Positions 1-9,168 of a DNA stretch of 32,000 bases are shown here, piece after piece. The DNA comes from Aliivibrio fischeri ES114. GTDB lineage: Bacteria > Pseudomonadota > Gammaproteobacteria > Enterobacterales > Vibrionaceae. Position 1 is the first letter of the stretch; each line of letters begins with the position of its first letter. Location: the NCBI RefSeq assembly GCF_000011805.1, contig NC_006841.2; one strand, 5' to 3'. The notes beneath the pieces are model-generated. The model did not search any database, was not told where the DNA came from, and saw only the letters and a list, made by a program, of their open reading frames with translations. Position numbers and translations under genes: made by a program.

Positions 1-1
1 T

Positions 2-190
2 GAAACTCTATGTCCAAAATCCAGCATTTTAGTCAGTAACAATGCTGCTATAACATTAGCTCAAGCCATTGAATCAATGACACACAAAACCAAAAAATTC
101 TCTTCACGAGATTTCATTTTAAAAAATAACCATGCTCAATCGATGGTTAATGCATATGAAGAGTTATATTTTGAAGGAGCAAATCTATGA
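2..190 (+). CDS. sypP: 3' end of a glycosyltransferase gene (group-1 GT-like C-terminus, SypP-like by synteny); the 5' part lies outside the window
   Basis: Frame 2 is open from the window edge to TGA at 188-190 (..AQAIESMTHKTKKFSSRDFILKNNHAQSMVNAYEELYFEGANL*). It is absent from the ORF track because no start codon is in the window. Its stop overlaps the next start (ATGA at 187-190). It sits directly upstream of the sypQ/sypR-like genes. Confidence 0.5.
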   Translation, partial: ETLCPKSSILVSNNAAITLAQAIESMTHKTKKFSSRDFILKNNHAQSMVNAYEELYFEGANL

Positions 191-1374
191 ATCTTTTTCT
201 TATCATCATCACATCGTTAAGTATTGGTATCGTAATATACCATCATGCTCTTTACCCTATACTATTACGCTGGTTTGCTTCTCGTCACCCAATAAAAGCA
301 ATAAAGCCAACCTGTAGAAACTTTGCTGAATCAAAAAAAGATCGTACATTGCCGTCAATAACCATGATCATTCCAGCTTATAACGAGTCACAATGGATTG
401 CTGAAAAAATTCGCAATTTATCTTGTTTAGATTATCCATCATCAAAATTAAAAATTATCATCGCATGTGATGGATGTACTGATGACACTGTTACTATTGC
501 TTATAACACTATACAAGAAGCTCTATGTGCAGATACCCACTTTGAAATTTTAGATTTTGAACATAATCGAGGAAAAGTGGCCTTACTTAACCAACTTATT
601 CCTCAATATCAGTCAAGTGATGTCATTGCTCTGAGTGACGTTTCAGCCCTGCTTTCTTACGATGCATTGTTAATTGCAGCTAAACATTTCGAGAACAAAA
701 ATGTTGGTGTTGTAAATCCTACTTATCATTTATTAACACCTTCCTCTGAAGGCGAAAAGAAATATTGGGAGTATCAAACCCTTATTAAACAACAAGAAGC
801 AACATTAGGTTCAAGCTTAGGATCTCATGGGGCTTTTTATCTATTTCGTTCCGAGCTATTTATTCATCTAGAGTCAGATACCATTAATGATGACTTTATT
901 TTACCCATGATGATAGTAAAACAAGGTTATCAAGCAGTATACGACCCAAGCATTCTAGCAGTAGAACTAGAACGCGTAGTACAAGAAGAAGACTTTTCTC
1001 GAAGATTAAGAATTTCAGCAGGGAATGTACAACAATTATTCCGTCTAGTTACCTTGTTTAACCCTAAATACAAAGGAACAGCATTTACCTTTTTCTCTGG
1101 TAAAGGGTTAAGAGCAATGATGCCATATTTCATGCTTATTGCGTATATCGGCTCAGCTTGCCTTTTATCTAACCCTTTATTTTTAATCGCATTTATTGGA
1201 CAAACCATTGGATATTGCATAGGGGTTATTAGTTTATTCTTACCTGCATTATTTTCAAATAAATATTGTCAGATCCTTGCCTATTTAATATCAGGTCACA
1301 CTGCCAATTTACTCGGCGGATTAAATTATCTATTAAAAAAACCAACCGCTCCGTGGACTCGAGTTCAAAAATAA
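187..1374 (+). CDS. sypQ: Family 2 glycosyltransferase with a C-terminal membrane domain (SypQ-like)
   Basis: 395-aa ORF. GT2 signature ITMIIPAYNESQWI...KIIIACDGCTDDT. N- and C-terminal hydrophobic segments. Start overlaps the upstream stop. Followed by a sugar transferase and a binA-like gene, as at the end of the A. fischeri syp locus. Confidence 0.8.
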   Translation: MNLFLIIITSLSIGIVIYHHALYPILLRWFASRHPIKAIKPTCRNFAESKKDRTLPSITMIIPAYNESQWIAEKIRNLSCLDYPSSKLKIIIACDGCTDDTVTIAYNTIQEALCADTHFEILDFEHNRGKVALLNQLIPQYQSSDVIALSDVSALLSYDALLIAAKHFENKNVGVVNPTYHLLTPSSEGEKKYWEYQTLIKQQEATLGSSLGSHGAFYLFRSELFIHLESDTINDDFILPMMIVKQGYQAVYDPSILAVELERVVQEEDFSRRLRISAGNVQQLFRLVTLFNPKYKGTAFTFFSGKGLRAMMPYFMLIAYIGSACLLSNPLFLIAFIGQTIGYCIGVISLFLPALFSNKYCQILAYLISGHTANLLGGLNYLLKKPTAPWTRVQK

Positions 1375-1388
1375 CAGAGGATTTTATT

Positions 1389-2033
1389 ATGATAGATTCA
1401 TATTACACAATGAACCAATCGACCATTAAAGCCAAACGTGCTTTTGATGTTTGTTTATCCATTATAGGCTTAATGCTTACGCTTCCACTTTTTCCATTTA
1501 TTGCTCTAGCGATTAAGTTAGATTCAAAAGGCCCAGTTTTTTACCGCCAACTTCGAGTTGGAAAAGCCATGCCAGATCAAATTCATGTTTTTGAAATGAT
1601 AAAATTTAGAAGTATGGTGCAAGATGCAGAAGTGGCTACTGGGGCAACCCTTGCAACAAAAGGCGACAGTAGAGTCACTACCGTTGGTCGTATATTGCGA
1701 AAAACACGCTTAGACGAGTTACCACAATTTTTTAATGTAATAAATGGAGATATGTCTCTTGTAGGGCCTCGACCTGAAAGACCAACCTTTTACAATAAAT
1801 TAGAACGTGAAATCCCTTATTTTAGTGAAAGAACTTATGGAGTATTACCGGGTATTACAGGATTAGCTCAAATTAACCAAGGTTATGATACGTGTATTGA
1901 AGATGTTCGCTCAAAAGTAGGATTTGACCATAGTTACGCTCTATCGTTAACCTCAATCTCAGGATGGATTAAATCTGATATTTATATTCTTCTAATGACA
2001 ATTAAAGTAATGATATTTGCTCGAGGCCAATAA
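1389..2033 (+). CDS. sypR: Undecaprenyl-phosphate sugar phosphotransferase (bacterial sugar transferase, WbaP/WcaJ C-terminal type; SypR-like)
   Basis: Motifs KRAFDV, PVFYRQLRVG, FEMIKFRSM, RLDELPQFFNVINGDMSLVGPRPE. I prefer ATG 1389, preceded by GAGG at 1377-1380. The 1266 start in the ORF track would overlap sypQ by about 110 nt. Confidence 0.85.
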   Translation: MIDSYYTMNQSTIKAKRAFDVCLSIIGLMLTLPLFPFIALAIKLDSKGPVFYRQLRVGKAMPDQIHVFEMIKFRSMVQDAEVATGATLATKGDSRVTTVGRILRKTRLDELPQFFNVINGDMSLVGPRPERPTFYNKLEREIPYFSERTYGVLPGITGLAQINQGYDTCIEDVRSKVGFDHSYALSLTSISGWIKSDIYILLMTIKVMIFARGQ

Positions 2034-2253
2034 AAACGTAACAGTTTCTATTTGAATTTTATATAAAATTCACCTTTAACCACATAAATTTTACGCGTAT
2101 TATAAATGGAAGTTTTATGATTTCATGAACGCTAACTAATTAATTTATAAATAGACGTACTTTGCAGTTATCAAATTTAAGACAAATAATGAATAGAATA
2201 AACTGCTACTATCTAACTAATAGCTATCAACTATTAGGAAATGGATACCTGAT

Positions 2254-4146
2254 ATGCAAAAAACGTTAACGTCTGCCATCGACATTCCTGAACAAATGCA
2301 AAACGATTGGCAAAATATGCTCGATATTTTATCGAATGTAATTAATGTACCAGCTGCGTTAATTATGCGTATTTATGATAATGACATTAAAGTTTTTTCA
2401 TCAAGTTCTTCCACAGAAAATCCTTACATTAAAGGGGCAACCGAAAAGCTTAACCAAGGGCTATATTGCGAAACCGTAATAGAAGAGAGACAAGAATTAA
2501 CCGTATTTAATGCTTTGGTAGATCCTGAATGGCGCAGTAATCCCGATCTTAAACAAAACATGATCGCCTATTGTGGGTTACCTCTTTATTGGCCTGACAA
2601 TACTCCTTTTGGTACCCTGTGTATTCTAGACAAAAAAGAAAATCACTTTTCACCTACTTATCAAAAGTTGATGAAAACCTATCAACACTCCATTGAAGCT
2701 CAACTTAACACCCTGTATCAACATGCTGATTTACTTAACCGTCACCAAGAGCTGCAAGCAGAAGTTGCAAGAACAACTCAGCACCTGAATGAAATTAATA
2801 TCAAGTTATCCAATGAAATTGATTGCCGACGAGCAGCAGAGCAAAAAGTTGAGTATCACAAAAATCATGATGTTAATACGGGTTTTTTAAATCCCATAGC
2901 TATTCATAAACATGTTGATAGTCTAATAAAAAGCGAAACTAAATTTGTACTTTTGCATATACATTTTGCTAATAGCCGTAAGATACAACAAGAATACGGT
3001 TACCAAGCGTTTGATTCTTTATTAATCGAATACCGCTCAAAGCTAACAAAAATCACTGATACTTCAGTTACAGGACGTTTAGGTTCATCGGATATTTTAT
3101 TGATTATTCAGACAGATAAAGAAAAGCTACCGCAACTTTGTCAGCACCTATCTGAAATAGGCCAAGCAAACTACACGGCAAATGAACAATCTCTACATTT
3201 GCAAACTTATGTTGGTGCAGTACATTCTAAAGAAGGTATATCTCGTTCAGATTTACTGCAATTTGCTTATGATACCGTTGTAAAATGCCAAAGCTTAGGT
3301 AAAACCTTTACCATTGCTGACGTATCACTGCCTACTCAGTCGTCATTATCTGAACACAAAATTGAACGTTATTTATTAGAAGCCGTTCGTAATCACGATC
3401 TATTCTTAAACTATCAACCTAAAGTATGCCCAGTAAATAAAAAATGGATTGGTTGTGAAGCGCTATTACGTTGGAATCACCCACATTTAGGTGCAATCGC
3501 CAATGACGTATTGATCCAATTAGCAGAGCGAAATGGCCTTATTTATGAGCTAGGGAACTTTGCACTTAGAAACGCAATTCAACAGGCATCTGAGTGGATC
3601 CTACATTCACCAAACTTTGTCATGGCCGTAAATATTTCTGCTGTTCAACTAAAAGATCCCCACTTTGTAACTCACATAAAACAATTACTTAGTTTATATC
3701 AACTACCTTCAAAAAACCTTGAACTAGAAGTAACAGAAAGTGGCTTAATTTCTGATGAACCGCTGGCAATTACAACATTAAGTCAATTGAATAATATGGG
3801 AATTTCTATTGCATTAGATGATTTTGGAACAGGTTATGCCTCATTCCAATACCTTAAAAAATACCCATTCAGTTCATTAAAAATTGATAAAAGTTTTATT
3901 GCAAATATTGAACAAAATGAAGACGACCAAAACATTGTTTGTGCAATGATCAACATAGCCAAAAAACTGCAACTTAAAGTTGTGGTTGAAGGGGTTGAAA
4001 ACCAAAACCAAGAAGCGTTTGTGGTTAAAGAAGGAATTGACTTAATTCAAGGTTATCTCTACTCCAAACCCATTTCCGCAACCGATTTTGAAGAAGGTTT
4101 ATTTAATCAATCTTCAATTGGTACCCCCTACTTTCACTTTGTGTAA
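2254..4146 (+). CDS. binA: c-di-GMP phosphodiesterase with a GAF-like N-terminus, coiled-coil linker, degenerate GGDEF domain and intact EAL domain (BinA-like)
   Basis: EAL-domain motifs EALLRW, ELEVTES, DDFGTGYAS, KIDKSF, EGVE and QGY are all present. The GGDEF position reads RLGSSDIL. The N-terminus is GAF-like (GLPLYWPDNTPFGTLCILD). The location immediately downstream of sypR matches binA in A. fischeri. Confidence 0.8.
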   Translation: MQKTLTSAIDIPEQMQNDWQNMLDILSNVINVPAALIMRIYDNDIKVFSSSSSTENPYIKGATEKLNQGLYCETVIEERQELTVFNALVDPEWRSNPDLKQNMIAYCGLPLYWPDNTPFGTLCILDKKENHFSPTYQKLMKTYQHSIEAQLNTLYQHADLLNRHQELQAEVARTTQHLNEINIKLSNEIDCRRAAEQKVEYHKNHDVNTGFLNPIAIHKHVDSLIKSETKFVLLHIHFANSRKIQQEYGYQAFDSLLIEYRSKLTKITDTSVTGRLGSSDILLIIQTDKEKLPQLCQHLSEIGQANYTANEQSLHLQTYVGAVHSKEGISRSDLLQFAYDTVVKCQSLGKTFTIADVSLPTQSSLSEHKIERYLLEAVRNHDLFLNYQPKVCPVNKKWIGCEALLRWNHPHLGAIANDVLIQLAERNGLIYELGNFALRNAIQQASEWILHSPNFVMAVNISAVQLKDPHFVTHIKQLLSLYQLPSKNLELEVTESGLISDEPLAITTLSQLNNMGISIALDDFGTGYASFQYLKKYPFSSLKIDKSFIANIEQNEDDQNIVCAMINIAKKLQLKVVVEGVENQNQEAFVVKEGIDLIQGYLYSKPISATDFEEGLFNQSSIGTPYFHFV

Positions 4147-4218
4147 TGGGCACTCTAAAATATCATTATAGAAAGAAGCAGAAGATCTGATACTCTTGCT
4201 AACAAATATCATAATAAA

Positions 4219-4782
4219 ATGAACCCAGTCAGCATGAATATTCAAAAAATAGAACAAGAAGTACAACAGTGGTTAGAAGATGTGGTCATCGGCCTCAATC
4301 TTTGCCCTTTCGCAGCAAAACCTAACCGTAATAAACAAATCAAAATTTTTGTATCTGAAGCAACGACAGAAGAAGCATTGCTTGAAGATATTCTTCAAGA
4401 GTTGATGAACTTGGATTCAAAAACGGCTGAAGAGTTAGAAACAACACTTGTTGCTATTCCTAATATGTTGCAAGATTTTATGGATTATAATTTCTTCTTA
4501 GATTGGGTTGACGCACTCATCAAACAGCAAGAATGGGAAGGTATTTATCAAATTGCGACGTTCCACCCTGATTACTGTTTTGGTGGTGCAGAGCCTGAAG
4601 ATGATGAGAACCTAACCAATCGCTCTCCATATCCTGTCCTTCACCTTATTCGTGAAGAAAGCATGGAAAAAGTCCTAAAACACTATCCAAATCCAGAGGC
4701 AATTCCAGATACCAATATTGCACGTGTTGAAGCGTTAACCTTAGAAGAACGTCGTAAGCTATTCCCTTACTTGTTCGTATGA
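4219..4782 (+). CDS. DUF1415 family protein
   Basis: 187-aa ORF with the characteristic GLNLCPFA near the N-terminus and FHPDYCF later. An alternative ATG at 4234 cannot be excluded. Confidence 0.65.
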   Translation: MNPVSMNIQKIEQEVQQWLEDVVIGLNLCPFAAKPNRNKQIKIFVSEATTEEALLEDILQELMNLDSKTAEELETTLVAIPNMLQDFMDYNFFLDWVDALIKQQEWEGIYQIATFHPDYCFGGAEPEDDENLTNRSPYPVLHLIREESMEKVLKHYPNPEAIPDTNIARVEALTLEERRKLFPYLFV

Positions 4783-4822
4783 GATAGGCTAGCAGCCATT
4801 AAGAAATAATTGAGAGAAATCG

Positions 4823-5050
4823 ATGAAACGAGTTGTTTTATATGTTGCAGACAAATGCCCTCACTGCAAAGAAGCGCAACGCTATCTTGATTCTAAAGGC
4901 ATTAAGTATCGTTTAACTAATGCAAAGATGCAGCGTGGCCGTAAAGAGTTAGAAGCCATTGGTGCTCGCTCTGTGCCAGTATTAAAAATCGGTGATCAAA
5001 TGATGGCTGGTTGGAATCAGAAGAATTTCGATAAAATGTATAATAGTTAA
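4823..5050 (+). CDS. Small glutaredoxin/NrdH-like thioredoxin-fold protein (CPHC active site)
   Basis: 75 aa. CxxC motif CPHC near the N-terminus. VP(V) cis-Pro region SVPVLKIGD. GAGAG Shine-Dalgarno upstream. Followed by a strong terminator. Confidence 0.75.
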   Translation: MKRVVLYVADKCPHCKEAQRYLDSKGIKYRLTNAKMQRGRKELEAIGARSVPVLKIGDQMMAGWNQKNFDKMYNS

Positions 5051-5052
5051 TT

Positions 5053-5086
5053 AAAAATGGAGCTTATTTATAAGCTCCATTTTTTC
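5053..5086 (+). terminator. Rho-independent terminator downstream of the glutaredoxin-like gene
   Basis: AATGGAGCTTA-TTTA-TAAGCTCCATT perfect stem (5056-5081) followed by a T-run. Confidence 0.75.
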
Positions 5087-5152
5087 ACATAATCATAAAT
5101 TTAAAAACACTCTCCACAAGAAGATAATATTTTTCAAAATAATTAATTTATA

Positions 5153-5524
5153 TTAATCAATAGTCACACTATCGACATAAATAATATAATTATCTTCTTT
5201 ATTTACTTCACCTTTGATCGTCACTTTATCGTTTGGTTTCACTTGTAAACCAGACATTTTATCACCATCAATTTTTACATTTAAAGAACCTGTATTATCT
5301 TTAAATACATACACTTCCTTTCCTAGAGGCTCAATTAAATACCCTGTTAATAGGATAGGTGTGTCATCAATAACGGCGCTGGCATTTAATACCGATTCTA
5401 CGCTATTTATTCCATCAACAGGTTTAGAGAATTCATCCTGATAATTAGCAGCTTGATCATTAGCCAATGCAAGCGTTGATGAACAAGCTAATATTAGTGT
5501 AAATAACAAATGTCTTTTTTTCAT
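5153..5524 (-). CDS. ygiW: YgiW/YdeI-family periplasmic OB-fold (BOF) stress protein
   Basis: 123 aa. Signal peptide MKKRHLLFTLILACSSTLALA. C-terminal pattern LTGYLIEPLGKEVYVFKDNTGSLNVKIDGDK...VTIKGEVNKE is typical of the family. Confidence 0.65.
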   Translation of the reverse strand: MKKRHLLFTLILACSSTLALANDQAANYQDEFSKPVDGINSVESVLNASAVIDDTPILLTGYLIEPLGKEVYVFKDNTGSLNVKIDGDKMSGLQVKPNDKVTIKGEVNKEDNYIIYVDSVTID

Positions 5525-5810
5525 AAATAAAACCTTAACTATTATTATATGAATAACTACATTAACATTTGTAACTCAATTTAATTATGATCAAAATAAG
5601 TTATAAATATATAGTAGTTTTAATCAATTTCATTTAGAGATTACGCCTAGTTTTTAATTATATCAAGACTTATATTTATTTTTATATTTCGATTAAAAAC
5701 ATTATTACAACCGATAAGGTGACATCAATTAACCCACTGATTAACATCGCATATATTACATTTTCACTAATGTAAAGTTTCATCCAAAAAAGTAAAATAT
5801 GAACATAGAT

Positions 5811-5842
5811 AAAAGGCAGGTTTTAATATAATTAAAACCTGC
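5811..5842 (-). terminator. Rho-independent terminator of ybbP
   Basis: 10-bp stem GCAGGTTTTA / TAAAACCTGC (5816-5825 / 5833-5842) with a 7-nt loop. On the minus strand it is followed by CTTTTAT. Confidence 0.6.
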
Positions 5843-5871
5843 ATAAAAACTAAAATAATAATTTTAAATAC

Positions 5872-8331
5872 CTACTTTAACGGCTTTAATAGCTGATTAA
5901 TCACACTAACTAAACTCATAAAGACAATCATCATTGCTATTAAAGGCAATACAAGCCACATACTGATATGAAGTGTCGGTTCTAATTTAAAGCCCCATTT
6001 CACTAAGCTGAATACAATAGTCTCAGCTCCCATCACCGCCACAAATCCCGCAGCCAATGCCATTACACCGTATTCACTCCACAATGTATTACTGATGCGC
6101 TGACGGCTAGCCCCAAGAGTACGATAAAGAGTGATTTCACGCTGACGTTGATACAAACTCAAACGAAGTAACGTGAATATCAATAAAATACCACTCACTA
6201 CGCCTAATCCGGCTAATACGGTTAATGACCACGTAATTTGAGCTAGCATGGCTTGGATCTTTCCACCCATGGTTCTAAAGTCCAATAAGCTAACCGTTGG
6301 GTAATCACGAGCCAATTGATTCAATAATGTGTTCTCATCATCGTTAACTTTAAAACTCACTAACCACGTTGCAGGTAAATCCGCAATCACATCTGGTGTG
6401 AAGATAAAATAAAAATTCGGTTTCATGCTTTGCCAATCAACAACACGAATCGAGTTAACTACAGCGGTAAAGGGCTGACTATTAACAGAAAAACTCAATG
6501 TATCACCAATAGTAATATCTAAATCGTTCGCAACATCTTGCTCAACAGACACCCCATTTTCACTCGTCCACGCCCCTGCAGTCACCTGATTATGAACAGG
6601 CAAAGTATTACGCCATGTAAAATTAATTTCACGGCGCAGCGCATCTGAGCCTTGCCCTTCACCTTTCATTTTTTCTTTGGTGCTTTCACCATTAATTTCC
6701 GTTAAGCGACCACGAACAATCGGATACCCTTCTGAGCGATCCAATTTTTCATTATCCAATGCTTGCAGGTAATCTTGTTGCTCATAAGGCGCTATATTCA
6801 TCGCAAATACATTGGGAGCATCTGGTGGTAAGGTTTGCTGCCAATCTCCTAATAAATCGGTTCTCACTAGCCAAATCACAGCCACTAACATTAAAGAGCC
6901 AGACAGTGCAGCCAATTGCATCATGCTATTTTTTGGGGAACGCTTAATTCGACTCAATGCTAATGTCATCGCGGCTCCCCATTTAAAACGTCCTAAAAAA
7001 TGCACTAAGCCATAACTCACTCCAGCAAGCAGAATAAATAAAACAACCAATCCAATCGAAACCATCCAAACTAGACTGTTACTGCCGTACATCAGCAAAA
7101 ATGCCGCTGTAGGAACCAAAATTAGCCATAACCCTTTTTTAGACGAATGACTTATTTGAGACTGGAGAACAGAAATCGCAGGCGTCTCTAATAAGCGTAA
7201 TAGTGGAATACCAAGTGCTGGTAGCCCAATGAATAACGCAACGATAGAACCAAATAGAAAAGGTTGCCAACCATAGCTGGGTAACTCTTCAGGCAGAATA
7301 TCGGCAAGAGGTATACGCAATAATAATTCAAGCCCTAACCCGATTAACGAACCTGCAATCACCCCTGTAATAAACATCAAACCCACTTGATTGAATAACC
7401 AGCGCTTAAGCCACGCTTTGCTTGCACCCATACTCTTTAGCATCGCAACGGTATTCGCACGACTGGTTGCATAGTGCTGACAAGTTAATACTAAAGTGAC
7501 CGAAGCCATTAAGATCACCATCAAAATCGTCAATGACAAGTATTGCTTCGCTTTCTGCATTAAATCTGCAGTTCGACCTTGAGTTTCTTCACTTATCCAA
7601 CTTTCTCCAGCTTGCAATTCATACTCACTTTGAAGCAATGAGACTCCATTATCATCCCCTTTAAATAACGTTCGATATTGCACTCGGCTGCCCAGTTGAA
7701 TAGCACCTGTTTTATCTAAATCAGATTGATGAATAAACACACTTGGCATGGTGCGAAATGGATTAAACGCAAGCTCAGGCTCAGATTCAATCACACCAGA
7801 GATCGGTAACTCAGCATCACCAATGGCAATCACATCACCAATATGTAACTCCAGAAGAGATAAAAGGCGATCCGCAACCCATACCTCTCCTTGATTAACC
7901 TGCGTATATACTTCATTGTTTTCGCCATGCAATAATAACTCACCACGAAGTGGGTAATTGCTCTCAACAGATTTAACGCTCACCAATTGCATTCCAGTAT
8001 CACTAAATGCCATGGTTTGAAAACGAACTTGGGAAGAAGTAACTAAGTTTTGCTCAGCAGCACGCTGTAAAATAGATTCAGGGGTAGGATTTGCTGAGCG
8101 GAAAACCAAATCCGCCGCCATCATAGAGCGACCTTGATCCGTCATGACTTTTTCAACCCGAATAGCTAAAGCAGATAACGCAACAACACAGGCCACAATT
8201 AAGGTTAATGCCGCCATTACAGGCCATAATTGTCCCTGCCAAATCTCACGCCAACTCCAGCGTAATATCATCCGGTTTCCAGAAGGTAGATGATTTCCTA
8301 AAGAAGTTGAGGTTAATGATTTCTCATTCAT
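5872..8331 (-). CDS. ybbP: ABC transporter permease with duplicated FtsX/MacB-type domains (YbbP)
   Basis: About 820 aa with two FtsX-like 4-TM modules, each preceded by a large periplasmic domain. ATG 8331 lies 1 nt after the ybbA stop. The ORF-track start at 8364 would overlap ybbA by 32 nt. Confidence 0.85.
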   Translation of the reverse strand: MNEKSLTSTSLGNHLPSGNRMILRWSWREIWQGQLWPVMAALTLIVACVVALSALAIRVEKVMTDQGRSMMAADLVFRSANPTPESILQRAAEQNLVTSSQVRFQTMAFSDTGMQLVSVKSVESNYPLRGELLLHGENNEVYTQVNQGEVWVADRLLSLLELHIGDVIAIGDAELPISGVIESEPELAFNPFRTMPSVFIHQSDLDKTGAIQLGSRVQYRTLFKGDDNGVSLLQSEYELQAGESWISEETQGRTADLMQKAKQYLSLTILMVILMASVTLVLTCQHYATSRANTVAMLKSMGASKAWLKRWLFNQVGLMFITGVIAGSLIGLGLELLLRIPLADILPEELPSYGWQPFLFGSIVALFIGLPALGIPLLRLLETPAISVLQSQISHSSKKGLWLILVPTAAFLLMYGSNSLVWMVSIGLVVLFILLAGVSYGLVHFLGRFKWGAAMTLALSRIKRSPKNSMMQLAALSGSLMLVAVIWLVRTDLLGDWQQTLPPDAPNVFAMNIAPYEQQDYLQALDNEKLDRSEGYPIVRGRLTEINGESTKEKMKGEGQGSDALRREINFTWRNTLPVHNQVTAGAWTSENGVSVEQDVANDLDITIGDTLSFSVNSQPFTAVVNSIRVVDWQSMKPNFYFIFTPDVIADLPATWLVSFKVNDDENTLLNQLARDYPTVSLLDFRTMGGKIQAMLAQITWSLTVLAGLGVVSGILLIFTLLRLSLYQRQREITLYRTLGASRQRISNTLWSEYGVMALAAGFVAVMGAETIVFSLVKWGFKLEPTLHISMWLVLPLIAMMIVFMSLVSVINQLLKPLK

Positions 8332-8332
8332 T

Positions 8333-9010
8333 TCACACCACCTCTTCAAAAATTCGCCCAGCATCTATCGTCAATGTTCGCTCACATCGCTCTGCTAATT
8401 TGGGATCATGAGTAATAAGAACCAAGGTAGTGCCATGCTTTTGGTTCATCTCAAATAAAAGCTCAATAATATGTTCAGCCGTATGCTGATCTAGATTTCC
8501 TGTGGGTTCATCGGCAAATAAAATTTGAGGTTGAGTCATAAATGCACGAGCCAATGCCACACGCTGCTGTTCACCACCAGAAAGTTGAGATGGCAGATGT
8601 GTTTCTCGTCCAGACAGCCCAACAGAAGCAAGTAACTGTTTTGCTTTTTTAATGTCTTCTCCTTCTCCACGTAAAATAGCAGGTAAGGTGACATTCTCAA
8701 GAGCGGTCAATGATGGAATAAGCAAGAAACTTTGAAATACAAAACCAATGGATTCACTTCGGATCTGAGCTCTAGTCTCATCATCCAGTTGAGACAAATT
8801 TTGTCCTAATAATTCAATATCACCAGTAGAAGGAATATCCAATCCTGCAAGCAAGGTCATTAACGTTGATTTACCAGCGCCAGAGGTACCAACAATTGCA
8901 ACACTTTGGCCTGATAGAACCTCAAAAGAAATGTCTTTTAAAATGGTTAATTCTGCCTCATTAGAAATCACAGATTTTCCAACTGAACTCACTTTTATGG
9001 CAATCGTCAT
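8333..9010 (-). CDS. ybbA: ABC transporter ATP-binding protein (YbbA, LolD/MacB-type)
   Basis: Walker A GTSGAGKST, signature LSGGEQQRVALARA, Walker B ILFADEPTGNLD, H-loop ITHD. Divergent from tesA, as in other Gammaproteobacteria. Confidence 0.9.
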   Translation of the reverse strand: MTIAIKVSSVGKSVISNEAELTILKDISFEVLSGQSVAIVGTSGAGKSTLMTLLAGLDIPSTGDIELLGQNLSQLDDETRAQIRSESIGFVFQSFLLIPSLTALENVTLPAILRGEGEDIKKAKQLLASVGLSGRETHLPSQLSGGEQQRVALARAFMTQPQILFADEPTGNLDQHTAEHIIELLFEMNQKHGTTLVLITHDPKLAERCERTLTIDAGRIFEEVV

Positions 9011-9168
9011 TATCCTTTCCTTTTGATATTATTTTTATGCTGTTATACGTATTGTATACATAAGTTCTTATTAATCAGCAATTTCATTTACACTTCTTTA
9101 ACCAATTTATATGGGCAGATTTACGCTTTCTGCTATTCTATTGCTATCCATTATTGTTAAGGTTTCTC

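Noticed and set aside
132-317. 61-aa ORF spanning the sypP/sypQ junction, and the 1266-1388 N-terminal extension of the sypR ORF
   Set aside because: Both overlap better-supported frames (the GT C-terminus ending at 190 and sypQ ending at 1374). The sypR homology starts only after ATG 1389, which has its own GAGG SD.
930-1220. Antisense or shadow ORFs inside well-supported genes. They are 930-1220, 5214-5441, 6759-7015, 8208-8411, 11517-11876, 12117-12635, 13273-13771, 13978-14700, 14767-14979, 16963-17691, 19698-20121, 20289-20624, 21469-21693, 22827-23177, 24461-24658, 25039-25230, 25841-26375.
   Set aside because: Each lies wholly within, and opposite or out of frame to, a longer ORF with clear family motifs. 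Their translations are low-complexity or Cys/Ser/Ile-rich with no motifs and no SD. They are typical frame shadows in AT-rich DNA.
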